Source: Cenococcum geophilum (lineage: Eukaryota). Taken from it: 64,000 nucleotides of DNA. Shown here in pieces: positions 24,831-39,400 of this stretch (the stretch's first letter is position 1; each line of letters starts with the position of its first letter). Location of the stretch: assembly GCA_050273025.1 (NCBI GenBank), contig CP158635.1, forward strand, positions 8,990,001-9,054,000, given 5' to 3'. The notes beneath the pieces are model-generated. The model was not told where the DNA came from, did not search any database, and saw only the letters and a list, made by a program, of their open reading frames with translations. The position numbers and the translations under genes were made by a program.

Positions 24831-25367
24831 TAAGGGAGCAGGCATAATCAAAAGCCAAAACTCGTCAATTCAAGAACTGTGAGGGAATTAGAAGAAAGCA
24901 GGGCTTATAATGGGGCACCTTATCTCAGTTGACCCAGACTTTTGGAGGGAAAATCCACCTCCTAAGCCAATTACAGTCCCTCGTCAAAAGTGTCCGTGCC
25001 GAGGTCACGCTAAAACTAACACTTTTTGCCAAAATGCTGTATAAAAGTCATATAATTAATTCTAGAGCTTAAAAAAATATCTAAAGCTACTTATAGATAT
25101 ATAATCTAGTAATCGCGATACTTTTTTAGTATTTAAAATCTATAGTCCTTTACTAAATGTCTCTAGGTTTTACCAACTTCCTACTAAAACTTACTATATT
25201 TAGCATATATTTTCTATTACTAGATATTAAAAATAATTCTTAAAAATCTAAGATCTTATAGGGATTTGCTTTTATTAAAACTCCCTTTACTTAAAATTTT
25301 ATTTAAAAAGTATAAAATTTTATTAAAAGGTTATAAACTTAAAAATAAGTTAAAAAAAATGCAATTT

Positions 25368-28300
25368 TGTAACGGAATCCCCCGGGAGGTACATATCCGA
25401 TAAGACGGTAGGAGGTTTTATCTATGTCCCATCTATGTTCCAGAAGACACAGTTAGACAGGTTAGGGGCGAAAGGTTTTACTAGCGTCTTGGAAGAAGTA
25501 TATAGGAAGCTAGTTCCCCTCTAGAGAAGAACTAGTAATTAGTCTCTAAATAGAAGTAGTTAAAAGCATTTATCCTTTAATATATAAAAACTTATTCTAC
25601 CTTTTACTTACCTTTAACGTACCTTTAACTTACCTTCTACTTACCAGTAATACTGTTAATTAGATAATTATACGTTCCGGTTAAGCTAGCCTCTTATAAT
25701 TCTAATCGCTCACAATCCGTTAGGGACGTATGGCTATTAATTAACAATAACGGATTATACTCCTTTACCTTATAAAGCAACGCCCTCACCGTAGGAGGCT
25801 TAAAGAGTCTCCTTAAAGGAGCGCATTCCCTCTACTTATAAAAGAGTAGATTAGGAAGCTACGGCTAGCCTATCTAACCTTATAGGACCTTTAGGAATAA
25901 TTACTGCTAGGGAGTTATTAAAGCGGTTGCTATATAAGACCCTATAAAAAATAAAGGAGTTAGAGATATAATTAAGATAAGTATATTAAGACTACTAAGA
26001 ATAATTATAAGGATAATTAGGGGAAGTATAAATACCCTAGACACGAAGCGGACTTAAAGGGGTAACGCTATACTATACTATAATATTAGAAAAACCTAAA
26101 TTCCGTATAAAGGAACCTAATAAGTACTATAGTAATAGTCTCCGGAACTATAATTGTTTTATCCGTTAATGCGAAACTAAGTTTTAGCTAGATCTAAAAC
26201 GTTACTTTAATAAGTATAATTAGATATTAATTACTTCTACCTTTCTATATAGTACCATTAAGAGTTTATAAACACGCTATAAGAAGAAACTTACTATACC
26301 CCTTAAATTTAGCGAACTTAGGACTTAGTTAGTTAATTAGGTCTAAAACCCTACTAATTAAGGGATAGATTATAACTAGCAATACTATAACGCCAAATAG
26401 CGGGATAGTTAGACTGTAGTCCAGTTTATAAACTACTTAGAAGAACTAAAAGATAATATACCCTACTTAGATCTATAGGATAACGCTATATAACTTTACT
26501 AGCTACTTACTAAGCTATAACCTAAGATTTAATAGCCATATAAAAGAAGGGCGAAATTCCTACCATTTAAGAAAGGCCTATTTTTAAAGCTACTTGGATT
26601 AAGAATACTAAAAGAGACTATTTAGGTAAGTAAAAGGAATAAGACGCTAATAATAAAGAATATAGGACTAGACCTAGCTTTAATAATAGGGGTAGATTCC
26701 AATCTAACCGCTCTACGGAAGGACAATGTAAGTAGGCCTCGCAGCCCTAGAGCAATGCTGGTTAACCCTAAAATAATAATAGGTAAAGACCTAATCCGTA
26801 GGAGGGGAACCAGGAAACACGCACCTATTATAACTGCAGCAAAAAGGGCCATATAAGCCGCTTCTACTAGTAAAAGAAGTAAGAGTCGGCCTAATTAGGA
26901 AAAGAGATAGCCTAGTAGATCTTTACTCTCTTATACTAGGCTAGTAAGAGAAGGAGGGAGTAAACTGCTATATAGTTATTCCTGTCTCTATTTAAGTTAA
27001 TAATAAATAGGTAATATAAGACTGCCTTATAAACAGCGGCGTAAGTATAGGGTTTATTTCTTAATTACTAGTAAAAGAATTAGATTTAGACCTTAGCGGC
27101 TTATAGATGCACACTATTTAAAGTATTAGAGGCTACTAGATTCTATACTACGGGGAATAAATATTTTCTATTACTAGCTAGGACCGCAATAGTCTATAGA
27201 ATACGCAGGAGATACGCTTCTACGCCGTAGAAATTAAGGGGTATAACCTTATTTTAGGATACCTATAGCTTTATTAAGTTAACCTAGACATTAATTAGCC
27301 TTTAGCCTCGTATTAATACCGGAAGTCTTAATTACGCATTATAGTTAAGAATTAAGAGACTTTTCTAAGCTATATATAAGAAGAAGGGTGGGCATATACT
27401 ATATATGCCACTCTTAACCCTAAGGATAAAGACATAGGGTATTTATTTTTGGATGTCCGGCTATATATAGTTAAGGAACTAGAGATTCCGCAGAAATATA
27501 TAAACCTAGAAGAGGTTTCTAATAAAAAGGCTGTATAAACCTTACTTAACCCTATATTGGTTAAGTATAAGATAGATATAGGGGATAAGCAACCTCCTTT
27601 CGGACTACTATATAACTTATTAGAAAATAAGCTGGCCGTATTACGTTAGTATATAGTAGATAATCTTTAGAAAGGATAAATTTAGCCCTTTATAAGCCAG
27701 GTAGGGGTACTAATTATATTTATACTAAAGAAGGACGGGACCCTTTGCCTCTATATTAACTATTAGGCGCTTAATAGGATTACTATAAAAAATCGCTACC
27801 TGCTACCTTTAATAGGAGAGCTTATTAATAGGCTATTAGGCGTAAAGATATTTATAAAACTAGATCTAAAAGATATATACTATTAAATCTAGATTAAAGC
27901 CGGCGATAAATAGAAAATGGCGTTCTAAATATAGTACGGCCACTTTAAGTACCTAGTAATGCTATTTAGGCTTACTAACGCACTAGCGATATTTTAGGCC
28001 TATATTAATAAGGCATTATTGGGCCTATTAAATATAATATATATAGTTTACCTTAATAACATTATAGTTTACTTTAATAACTACGAAGCATATACGCACT
28101 ATATATAAATAGTATTAAAAAGACTGCGGGAATATAAGCTCTATATAAACCTAAAAAAATACTCTTTTTATATTACTAGTATTAATTTTCTAGGCTTTAT
28201 TATTAGCGTCAACAAAGTATTAATAGAGAAAAGCTGGGTAGACGCTATTAGGGAATAGCTATACCCTATAACGTTTAGAGAAGTATAGGTTTTCTTAGGC

Positions 28301-31300
28301 ACGGCGAACTTCTACTAAAGGTTTATTATTTACTATTTATAAGTAATACTCCTAATTACTAATCTACTAAAAGGATCTAAGAATAGTAAGAAGTTAGGAC
28401 CCTTTATATTTAGAGAAGCTGCTAAATAAGCAATAGACCGGTTAAAGGATTTATTTATATTAGCGCCTATTTTAATATACTTCTGCTAGGAGCTATATAT
28501 ATACCTTAAAACGGATATATTTGGCTTTACCCTAGGGGTAATTATATCTTAATTAAAAGATGGAGAATAGCATCCTATAGCGTTTTAGTTAAGGAAAATA
28601 ACCCCTATAGAGCAGCGTTATATAACGCATAACTAGAAGCTGCTTATAATAATTATAGTAATAAAGCACTGGCGACATTATTATATAGGAAGTAATTATC
28701 CTATTAAAGTCCTTATAAACTATAACAACCTAAAATACTTTATAACTATAAAAGTGTTAAGCGGTTAATAAACGAGATAGGTAGAGGTACTATTATAGTA
28801 CAACTTTAAAATTACGTACCGCCTAAAAAAGATAAATCCTGCTAATAGGTTATTAAGACGTCTAGATTATAAGATAGGGAGAATTTAGGACAGTATAGGG
28901 GAAATAATCCCTATATTGCAAAATTTGCTTAAAAAAAAAGAAGACTCTTTCCCTAAAACTATAGAATTTCGTAATAAGGTAAAGGTCCTAATAATACAGC
29001 TATAAAGCAATATAATTATAAAGCCGTAGGATATAGTTATAGACTAGGTTATAAACCAAGTAGATATTATAAAGTTGGCGTACCTTAGAATTAGCGAGAA
29101 TTTTATAGGATATGCTAGAGATATTACGGCACCTTTAGCTTAACGGCGCATTAGCTATAAGTTTTTGGATTTAAGGGGAATAGGCGAGATGCCTATCCGT
29201 AGCGTGGCACACTATATAATAGTAGGAGAATCTACTAGCACTAATAGTTTAAAACATCTCGTGCTACGCCTTAAGTTTATAATAGTGGTAGGCGAAATAA
29301 AAGTAAGTAATCTATATAAAACCTTTCCAAATCTTCTTCTTTAAGCTTAATAAAGGGACGCCTTTGCCTCTAGGGAGAGGTAGAAAGATATAGTAGAGAC
29401 TAACTTAGCCGGAGTTATTAAGAAGCTATAGTAGCAAGACTAAAAGGGTCTATTATACTTTAAGGGTGCTATATATATCCCAAAGGACTAAGCAATTTAA
29501 GATAAAATTTTAAAGGTCTTCTATAATAACCCTCTTAGGGGTTACTATAGTGCTAATAGAACCCTTAAGGCCGTTTAAAGGAAATACTTTTAGGATAAAA
29601 TATTTAAAGAGGTTAAGGACTATATATTAAGGTATAATACGTGCTAAAGGATATAGATATCTAGGCATCGCCTATATAGCGAGTTATTAGTACTTCTTAT
29701 TCCGTAGGGACCTATATTAAAATTAACAATAAATTTTATTATAGGCTTACCCCCTACTAAGATAAGAACTAGAAAGGTTACTAACACTATCCTAATAATT
29801 ATTAATAGGTATATAAAGTTTTTAGGATACTTTACTATTATAATAACGATTATAGTAGCAGAACTAGTAAACCTATTTTTAAAACGGTAGCTCTTATTTA
29901 GTATACTAAGGGGAATTATATCTAATAGAGGTACCGTATTTAATAATACATTTTGGTCTTTATTCTATCTCTTATTAAAAATATGGTAAAGAATAAGTAT
30001 TACCTTCCACCCGTAAATAGACGGGCTAACAAAGCGTCTAAATGCGTTATTAGAACACTACCTCCGCTACTATATTAATTATTAATAGGATAATTAGATA
30101 TTATAGTTGGCTTTAGCGCAGTATATATATAATATAAGCATCTATAGCAGTACAAAAATGACCCCTTATAAAGTATTATTTAGGGTAAAAGTAAATAACC
30201 CCTAGAACGTTAAGGACATTATTCCTAAAAGAGAGGCACTAGTAGTATCTAAAAGAATTAAGCAAATAAGAATTCGCAGAGAGGAACTTAAAAAGCACTT
30301 ACTAGACGCCTAGGCCGTGTAAAAAAGGTACTATAATAAAAAACATATACTAAAAGAATTTAAGATAGGAGACAAAGTCTTACTATTTATAAAAAATATC
30401 TAAATAAAACGCATTAAAAAGAAGCTAAATTACCAGTAGCTCGGACCCTTTAAGATAGTTAGGAAAACTAAAGAAAACTAAGCCTATAAATTAGAATTAC
30501 CGAAATCTTATCTAATATATCCTATATTTTATATTTCCTTACTAGAGCTATACTAGAGAAAAAATAGTACGGAACCGCCCCTACCTAGCAAAATTAATAG
30601 GGAACTAAAATGGAATATAGAAGACATTTTAGACCAAAGATAGCGCTAAAAAAAGCGCGAATTTTTAGTTTATTAGGAAGGATACTCCTAGGCGTATAAT
30701 AGTTGGGAACCTAAGGAGTACCTTTAGCTAGGATGCGACACTATAATTAAAACCTTCTTAAGAACTAAAGGTAAAGATTTAGAAATAGTTCCGGATATAC
30801 TATAGGTAAAGCAATAGGGAAGACCCCGTAAATTAAAACTATAAAATTAAGCATAGGCATTAAGAACGGAAACGTTTCGCGATTATAATAGGGATCTTAG
30901 AATCCTATAAGGGGAAGCCTATAGGGATCTATAGGAGAATTACTAGGGATACTATTTAAAGGAGACGCTATCTAAGAAGGAGTAGTAGTACTATAAGAAG
31001 TAGCCTTAGGGATTTAGAAAGATCCCCTAGGGATAAAAGGAGAGTATTTAGCCTAGCACTAAAGATACGCAGGAGAGTTAATGGTATAAAAAGGAGCAAA
31101 AGGACAGCTTATAAAGAATTAGAAATTTTAAAGAATTGTAAGGCACCTATAGAAATACTACCCGTTTATTACATATAGGGATTATAGTAGTGTACTGCGT
31201 TTATATAGATTGTTACTAAAGCTTAGAATAAAGGTATCCCTAAAGTATAAAGTCAATTCCTAATAATAGGGCATCCTAAAGGCACCTAAGAAGCACTATA

Positions 31301-33085
31301 TAAAGCTATTCTATAAGAAGAAGAAAAGAGCTAGGTAATAACTTAAATACTAACAGTAGTAACAGGAGCCTCCTCTTCCATTTTAACGTTATTATTAACA
31401 GTATTATTAGCTTCTCTATCCCCAGAAGCATTAGCACTTCTACTAATATTCTTTTTAGAATAATAGGTACTAGAAGGACCAGTACGGGCAGGAGACTAGC
31501 GAGAAGAACGTTTATCTTAACGTTTATTACTATCCTTAGTATTCCTAAATTCTAAATTAGCGTCCAAGCAGAGATTAGAAAGACATTAGCTAAAGGAGTT
31601 AGTATAGTTCCTAAGTAAGTTACTAGAGGAACTTACCTAGCTAAAGTAGCTTACGTAAGAGTACGAATATTATTATTAATAAGGATAAGCTATTTGCATA
31701 TACGCTCCTAGACACTATATATCTAAGATTATTATATCTCTATAGCAGTAGAAACCCTTATTAAATTAAAGAGTCTATAAGTAAGGGAAGACACCTTCTA
31801 TCCCCGCCTATTACTATTAAGATATTAGCGGAAATCTTAGATAGCGCGTTAGAGCCTATAAGTCTTATACATATAAACAGCGGGGATTTAATATAATTAG
31901 CAAAATCTAGAATAAGACGGAATGGGAAATACTAGGATATAGGTCTTTCTTCTACTACGGCAATAGAAGTATTTAGATTTATTTTTGCTAGAGTAAGGTA
32001 TTTTATAGATATAGGAAGGATCCTATATAAGAGTATAAACGTAGCGACAATAGCATTTTAGGGAAACTGCTATAGGAGCAACAGACGCTGTCTAGGGCGT
32101 CACTAGGAGAGGAATAATACTACCGCCGGTTTAGGGACGCGTAGAAGAACTACAAGCCATTATAAGAGAATACTCTAAAAAGTTAGCATTGTTATAAGAA
32201 AATAAGGTGGGGATCCTATTACTTATAAACGCGTTAAGAAAAGATAATAATGTAGTAATAAAAGTACGGCTAAAGATATAGAAGCTAAAAGGCAAGATAT
32301 AATAAAAACAGCCTATTTAAGAACGAGACGAATGGTGTTATTAATAGAAGGATAAGGGAGAGACGATAACTTATAAACAGAAAGAAATTAAAATAAAAGA
32401 CGTTATTATTAAAGCCTATTTAGGTAAATGGGGATAGTAGTTAGTTAACGCGTTATACCAGACAACCTTTAGATCTATTTATAACAAATTCCTAAAATTA
32501 GAGAGGTAAATCCCACTAAATTTTTATTACTATTATTAAAATCCTATTATAAAAGCACTATAAGGAGCTAGGGTGGGAGAAGAGTAAAGAAATAAAAAAT
32601 AAAGTAAGGTTCCGCGCTAGTAAAGAGCTAGCAATAAGTCGCATTATAGAGTACCTTTCTACTAAGGGTTTCCCTAGTAGTTTTAGCCAGAACTTTATAA
32701 AAGCTTAGTAGAGGCGAAGTCTTGGCGGACTAAGACTTTAGAAGGGGAGGTAATTATAACAGAATTCCCTAGGAGGTACATATCTAATAAAATGGTAAGA
32801 GGTTTTATTTATATCCCATCTATATTTTAGAAGACATAGTTAAATAGGTTAAGGGCGAAAGGTTTTACTAGTGTCTTAAAAGAAGTATATAGGAAGCTAG
32901 TTCCCCTCTAGAGAAGAACTAGCAATTAGTCTCTAAATAAAAGTAGTTAAAAGTATTTATCCTTTAATATATAAAAACTCATTCTACCTTTTACTTACCT
33001 TTAACGTACCTTTAACTTACCTTCTACTTACTGGTGACACTGTCGATTAGATAATTATACGTTTCGGTTAGGCTGGCCTCTTATA
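25368..33085 (+). mobile_element. Gypsy-1: full-length Ty3/Gypsy chromovirus, RIP-inactivated
   Basis: 331-bp LTRs (25368-25698, 32755-33085), AATTT target-site duplication, purine tract before the 3' LTR; relic gag zinc knuckle, protease, RT (KNRYLLPLI, YLNNI from YLDDI), RNase H, integrase (TFHP*IDG, GPF) and chromodomain (WNIEDILD...NSWEP at ~30610-30715). Confidence 0.95.
31300..32160 (-). pseudogene. Antisense accessory ORF of Gypsy-1 with a Zn-cluster-like Cys motif (RIP-degraded)
   Basis: From ATG 32160: MACSS...KCYCRYVYTLI*DPSYIYKIPYSSKNKSKYFYCRSRRKTYIL; reversing TAY to TGY gives C-x2-C-x10-C-x11-C-x2-C-x6-C, followed by an intron-like stretch with GCTAAT branch point. 3' limit approximate. 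Confidence 0.5.
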
Positions 33086-33405
33086 AATTTCCTATATAAA
33101 TTTAAAAAAATAAGAGTATAAAGGGTTATAATAAACTTTCACACTTTTAAAATAAAAATTTAAATAAAAGGAGTTATAGTGAAAGTAAATATCTATAAGA
33201 TATTAAATTTTTAAAAAATAAAATTAATATTTAGTAGTAGAAAATATATATTATAGATTTTAGATTTTAGTAAAGAATTAATAGGATTTCTAAAGGAGTT
33301 ATAGATTTTAAATTTTAAAAAAGGGTATAATAGCTAGACTTTATATATAATATAAACTTAAATTTTTTTATAGCTTTAGAGTTAATTATATGGTTATTAT
33401 ATAGT

Positions 33406-36400
33406 TGTTGGTCATATAGGGTGACTTACTAATAACGACTACTCGAGTAGGGTTACAGTGATGTTGGTTGATAAAGCTTATTAATTGGAATGAGGAAGGG
33501 CAAGGAGCTTAAGGCTCCTCGCCACGCTAGTGCCGTGGCGACACGTGATGGCAACTTGCCATTACGTGACGGCAGTTTGCTATACGTGACGGCAAATTGC
33601 CTTATTCCTAATACTGGCAACTCTTCTTTTATGGTTGCCCTCTATATATAAATACTGCTTAACTATTATAACAAATATAAATCCTTTTTACTTACTATTG
33701 CCATTATAATATAAGTCTCGCTGTCCTAAAATTTACCTCTTAGCACGTGGTGCTTTCTTACTAAGGAGTTGTAGGTAGATATTATGTTAGGGCCGTTAGG
33801 GCCGCTAAGGCGCTAGCTATAAGCGAGCCAATAGTAATTTTCTATACCGGGTATAGAAAATCCTAATTAGCTGGTTAAAATTAGGGTCTATAGAGCGTTA
33901 TGCTCTTACTCTCTTTTAACTTAACCTTTAACTTATATGCGTAAAGTATTTATATTAATAAACGTTTCTAGAGCCTTATTTAGGTTTGCCTTCGTTATTA
34001 TATCTACTAAGTTATTTTAACCGTTAATCTATTAAATCTTAAAGAGTTTTTACCGTTTATAGGATTAATAAAGTGCTATAATATTAATTATAAGGCGCTT
34101 TTCCTTTATAGTACTAAGCTTAACTAAGCACTTATAGAGGGAGTATAAGTCGGTATATACGATTATAGGGATAACGGGAAGTTCGAGTTAATCTATAATT
34201 ATCTTTAGGGTAGTTCTAATTGCAATTACTATATTAACTCCGCTAACTATTCTATATATCTCTAACGCTAAAATGCTTTAAGTAACGTGCTTGCTCTTGG
34301 TTAAGCTCTAATAGATAAGATTGCCGTAGATTATAAAGTTATTCTCTCTAGTAGATTCGTTTGTAATAATAATCTTATATCCTAGCTAGGAGCTAAAATC
34401 TTTATTATTTATAAACGATTTATTAACAAATATAAAGAGCTTAGCAGTAGGAAGATTAATAGGCACGTAGAGTAGTCCCTGGTCGAGATGGTTTATTTAC
34501 TAGAAGAGACGCTTATTTAGGGCAAGGACGTTATCCTTAGTTAGTTCCTGGTGTTAAGTAGTAATAAAGAGATTAAATAAAGCCTTGGGTTAATAGATAG
34601 AAGTAATATAAGCTTTATAAGCGCGTTGCTCTACATATCCTTATTTTAGAGAATTAATATTAATAATATCGATCTTCTTACCTTAACCCTTCTAGCACAA
34701 AGCAATAGAATTCTTATTTAGGGAGAGGACACATCTATTAAAGAGTAATGGTGTTATCAAATTAAGCTTTTCCTTTGGCTTTGCTATAAGATTTGCCTTT
34801 ACTAGCTCGTCTTCTTTAAGAGCTAAGAATCGGTTATCTCCTAAGATAATTATATCGTCGGTTTGTATGCCGACGATTCTAAATAGAGTTCCCGTAGTTG
34901 TAATAAGGAAGTATAGATTAAATATAGAAGTAGTTATTAAAAGCTTCTCTTTATAGTGCTTGCTGTAGGTAGCCCACTAGTGAGTTCCTGCCTCTGCAAT
35001 TCTATATAATGGCTTAAGCATAACCATAATCGTATCTTCGGAGTATTAGTGGCGAATTTGCTCTAGAAGGTATACTAATATTAAGCGCTAAAGGTATATC
35101 TCTAATTGGGTGTAGGCCTAAGTAATATCTCGCAGATAGACTACTATTCTATTCTTTATTAGGGAGGGAGCTAATATAATAATAACTTGCTAACTGGCTC
35201 GTTAAATTATAGGAGATTATATAAGAATTACCTCCTTACTATTATTGTTATAGCCTTAGATAATAAGCCTTAATTTCTTAAATAGGGCGTTAGTAGCTTT
35301 ACCTTTAATCTTATTAACTATTCTTAACTTAAAGATACGAACTTTATTAAACTTAGTAGGGTTATACTTCTTAAATTTAAAGACCCCTCTTATAATAAGA
35401 CTATCGATCTCCTGCTTATCGGATACTTAGAAAGGAGCTCCTAAAGTTATAATGCGACCTTTCTTTTGGAGCTATTTTACGAGTTTAAAGTTAGCCTTCT
35501 CCTTAGCTATTATAAAGGCCATTAATAGCTTAACTCTATTCTTAATAGCAGTAATAAATTGCTCTTTAAAATTAATAAGATATTGGCGATTTCGTGATCC
35601 CTTTAGGCGACCTCTACCGCGTTATAGTTGTGGTGTATCTACTACAATTATATTAGGATTATAGTCGCCTTCTAGAGCACGTTAATCGTGGCTCTCTTTT
35701 AGGGTATCTTTTATAGTATCCTATAAAGGCTTGGAACTATTATCTTTATAATAAGGCTTAATAACAGTTAAATGGAATTAAGTAGGTCTATAAGGCATCT
35801 AAATAGTATAAGTTTAACTATTAATTATAATAAGTTAATATAGGCCTAACCATCCTCCCTTTTTATACTATACGCGTACCTTAGACTAAAGTGGCAGATT
35901 AAGCGTAGTTAAGGTATTTAGGCTATTTCTTATTCCTAGTGCGTTATTAACCTAGCGTATAGCGTAGAGACATTATACCTCCTTTATTGCCTTACGAATA
36001 GCCTTAGCTTATTACACAATAGAGGGAGATAGTAGAGAATTATTAGTTATTTAAGGGTAGGCGCTAAAGACTAGTAATATAGGTATAAGTCTATCTAGGC
36101 TAGCAGAATTGTTAATAGCTTTAACAGCCATTTATAAGGTAAGTTCTTTACTAGCGTCCTCTAGTTCTAAAGAGATAATCTTATATACGCGGCGTAATGG
36201 CGCGTAATATTATTTTACTTTTTTAATACTATTATATGCCTTAATAGGGACTTCCTTAACCTTAATTGCCATTACCTTTATCTATTATTAAAACTCTATA
36301 GATAAGAAGTTCTTTTCTGCGTTATAGATAATTTAATTAGGGGGTCCTAGGTAGACATTAATCTAGCATAATTAAAGGGTATCCTATGCGTTCCTAGCTA

Positions 36401-39400
36401 ATATATCCTTTAAGAATCGTGCAACTTAAAAGGAGGTTAAGAAGTTAATAACTTAGAGTACTGGCTTGCCGCTAAGATATATAACGTTAACAATAATATA
36501 GAAGTTAAAGTTATAGTTATCTTTAAGGGTAAACTTAAATCGGCTAGGGGACTTCTGGTTTATTTAGCATTAATAGCAGTACTTTATAAGATGCTTAATT
36601 GCCTTAACCTTAACTTTATGGCCTACCTACTAAAGAACCCTAAGTAATTAGTAAACGAATAGGTGGCTAAAATAACGGTATAGTTAACGTAATTCTAACT
36701 TAGTTAAATGGCTCTAAGTAACACTCTTTTCTAGTTAATAAAGGAGTAACTAGGGGTAACCCTACTTGCGTATAATAGGTACCTAATTATCTCCCTAAAT
36801 AAGTATATTCTTAAGGTTATTAAGCTTAACGCCTAATTTATCTATATCTCTAATGCAAAATAAAAACGGGGTATTTGTAAGAACGACGTAAAAGGTAATA
36901 TACCCTAAGGGGGTTTGGACCCTAATTATGCCAATAGAGATCGCAGTACCCTTGCTAAAACAAATCGTATATTGGCCTACTGTTAAATAGTTAATCTAAA
37001 TAGAGCTATTAAGCTGCTAAAGGGCTTAAACTTAAGGTTCTCCTACTATAGATACTCCTGCGGCTCTAGTATCTGGTATAATACCATAGAAGACGTTCGC
37101 CGAGTATTTGTTATTAAAGGAGAACGCAGAACTCTCCCTTAGCTTATTAAAGATATCTAACTTTATAGTAAAATAAAGCGTAGATTAGTTATTAAGAATA
37201 GTAACGGTTTATATACTATCTACCTCACTATACTTAGTGAAGTATTAGTTAGGTAAGTACTCCTTAATTTCCATATCCATAAGGAGCTATTTAGCCTTAT
37301 TAACCTTACCCTTAAGATCTTTTACGCCTTTATATTAAACTAGGAAGCTTTAGAAATAGGCTATAGTAACCTTATAATTTCCGACGTTTCTTATACTCTA
37401 GCAGAACTTATTATATACCTTCTTTTATTTATTAAGAGAATGCCTAGTTAACTAGCAATTTAGTTTCTTATAAACGTAGCACTTTTTTTAGCGATTACTT
37501 TGAAATAAACCTCCATAAGGACCTCTACCTTTGCCTTATAGTCGTTAATTATACCCTCTATTATATTACCTACCCCAGCCACTATATATTTAATTAGTTT
37601 AGTTATAATTATATTGGTTAGGCGGGTTAATTAAAGTAGGTTAGAGTTAGGCGTTAAATTGCTATACTTCTTAAGAGCGTAGAGCGGTGCTAATAGAAGA
37701 TCTTAATTAAGTATATACTCCTTTATAAGTATTTATAGGATTAAAGAGAGTAAGGTTATATTCTTTAACACCTTAATATACGCTAATAACTTAATTATAT
37801 AGGCTGAAGTTCTCTTAATATAATTTGGATAAACCACGCTAAATTATCTAAAGTTAATTAAAGAGCTTTTAAAGATAATTAAGCCGAGGGACACCTAGGT
37901 TTGTAGTAATAATCCTTAAAAAGGTAGTTTCTCTCTATTCTAATATATACTGCTACTTATTCTCTTCTATTTTAAAGTAGTATCTTAACTTATATATTAT
38001 GCGGTTAAAATTATATCCTTTTCCTACTAAATGATTATAATAGAAGGTACTAGCTCGGCCCTTAAGCATAACGGAATAGGCGTTATGGTATTAATTAGAC
38101 TCTATTCCTACCTTCTAGCAATAGTTATAGAAGATATATAGTTTTAAATTAAGAATATTGTATAATTTCCCGCTAAACTTCTTCTTCTAATCTAAATAGA
38201 GCTTCGCAAGCTCTATAAGCAATTTTAAACTACCTCTAATTTAAGATTAAAATAGAGGAGGTAGGAGTTGCATTATAGGCTGCAGTAGGGACGTAGGTCT
38301 AGTTGGTGGAGTCTAAAGGTTAGTAAATCGCGAAGTAAGGGGATCTTGTACTTGCTCGTGTTAAAAGGTAGTAGTTAAAGTTATAGGTTAAATTAGTGGA
38401 TTCTGGGGAACTAAAGATAGAGGTAGAGGCGATAGATATAGAACGGAAGAACTTGTGCCTAGAGTAATGGAATTAGAACGCGTCTCTTATAGTATATTAC
38501 TTAGATTCCATCGTAAGTTAAGCTTCCTTATAGTGCGTAGTTAGTGCTTAATCTCTTATACAGTCCATTTGTGCTCTTTTTTTACATTAAGAACCTGCTC
38601 CTAAATATTATCTCTAATAGTACCCCCATCCTTAGGGATAAATACTCTATTCTCCTAAAGGAAGTTACGGAAGTCCTATACAATATCCTTATTTATAGGG
38701 GCCTATATTTCCTTTATCCATCTAATAAAGTCCTCCTTTATACATTCTTATAGCGCGGTATCGTTATATTTACTATCCTTATAATATACTATACGGTATA
38801 ATAAAAATCCATTTAAGTCTTATTTATTAGTGTTTGCAAGGTTAATTATAGCTTTATTCTATATCTTTAAGTTAATATCTTCCTTATACTTCTTTAGGTA
38901 GGTTAACGCTATAGTAGGTATAGAATTAATAGGGTGTTATACGTTAAAGGTAGGTAGGATTTTCGGTTTTATAGGATCTCGTAGGTTTACTATTAAGAGG
39001 TAAGCAATTTAAGATATTATTTGACGCGTTTTGGACGTTAACTTAGGACCTTAGGTTTAGTAATACTTCTAACCTAAAGTACTTAACTAAATCTTCGTAA
39101 ATACAGTTATTCTACGTAATAGACGCAACTTAGTATCTCCTAGTACTTAGTAATACTTCTATTACTAGTTTTCCGTAAGTCTAAGGTAGTACGGTATTGC
39201 CGGGATTCATTCCATATAAGCGTATATGGCACCCCTATATAAGACTGTCTCTTCTATTTAAAAACCTAGCTGCTCTATAGTTAACTATATATTTAACCAC
39301 TAATTAGTGTTAGTTATATAGGGTAACTCACCAATAATGACTACTTAAGTAGGGTTATAGTAATATTGGTTAATAAAGCTTATTAATTGGAATAAGGAAG

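Noticed and set aside
33827..33871. Hammerhead ribozyme reading of module A (CTGA...GAAA)
   Set aside because: GAAA lies inside the stem and no CTGANGA core with stems I/III can be built.
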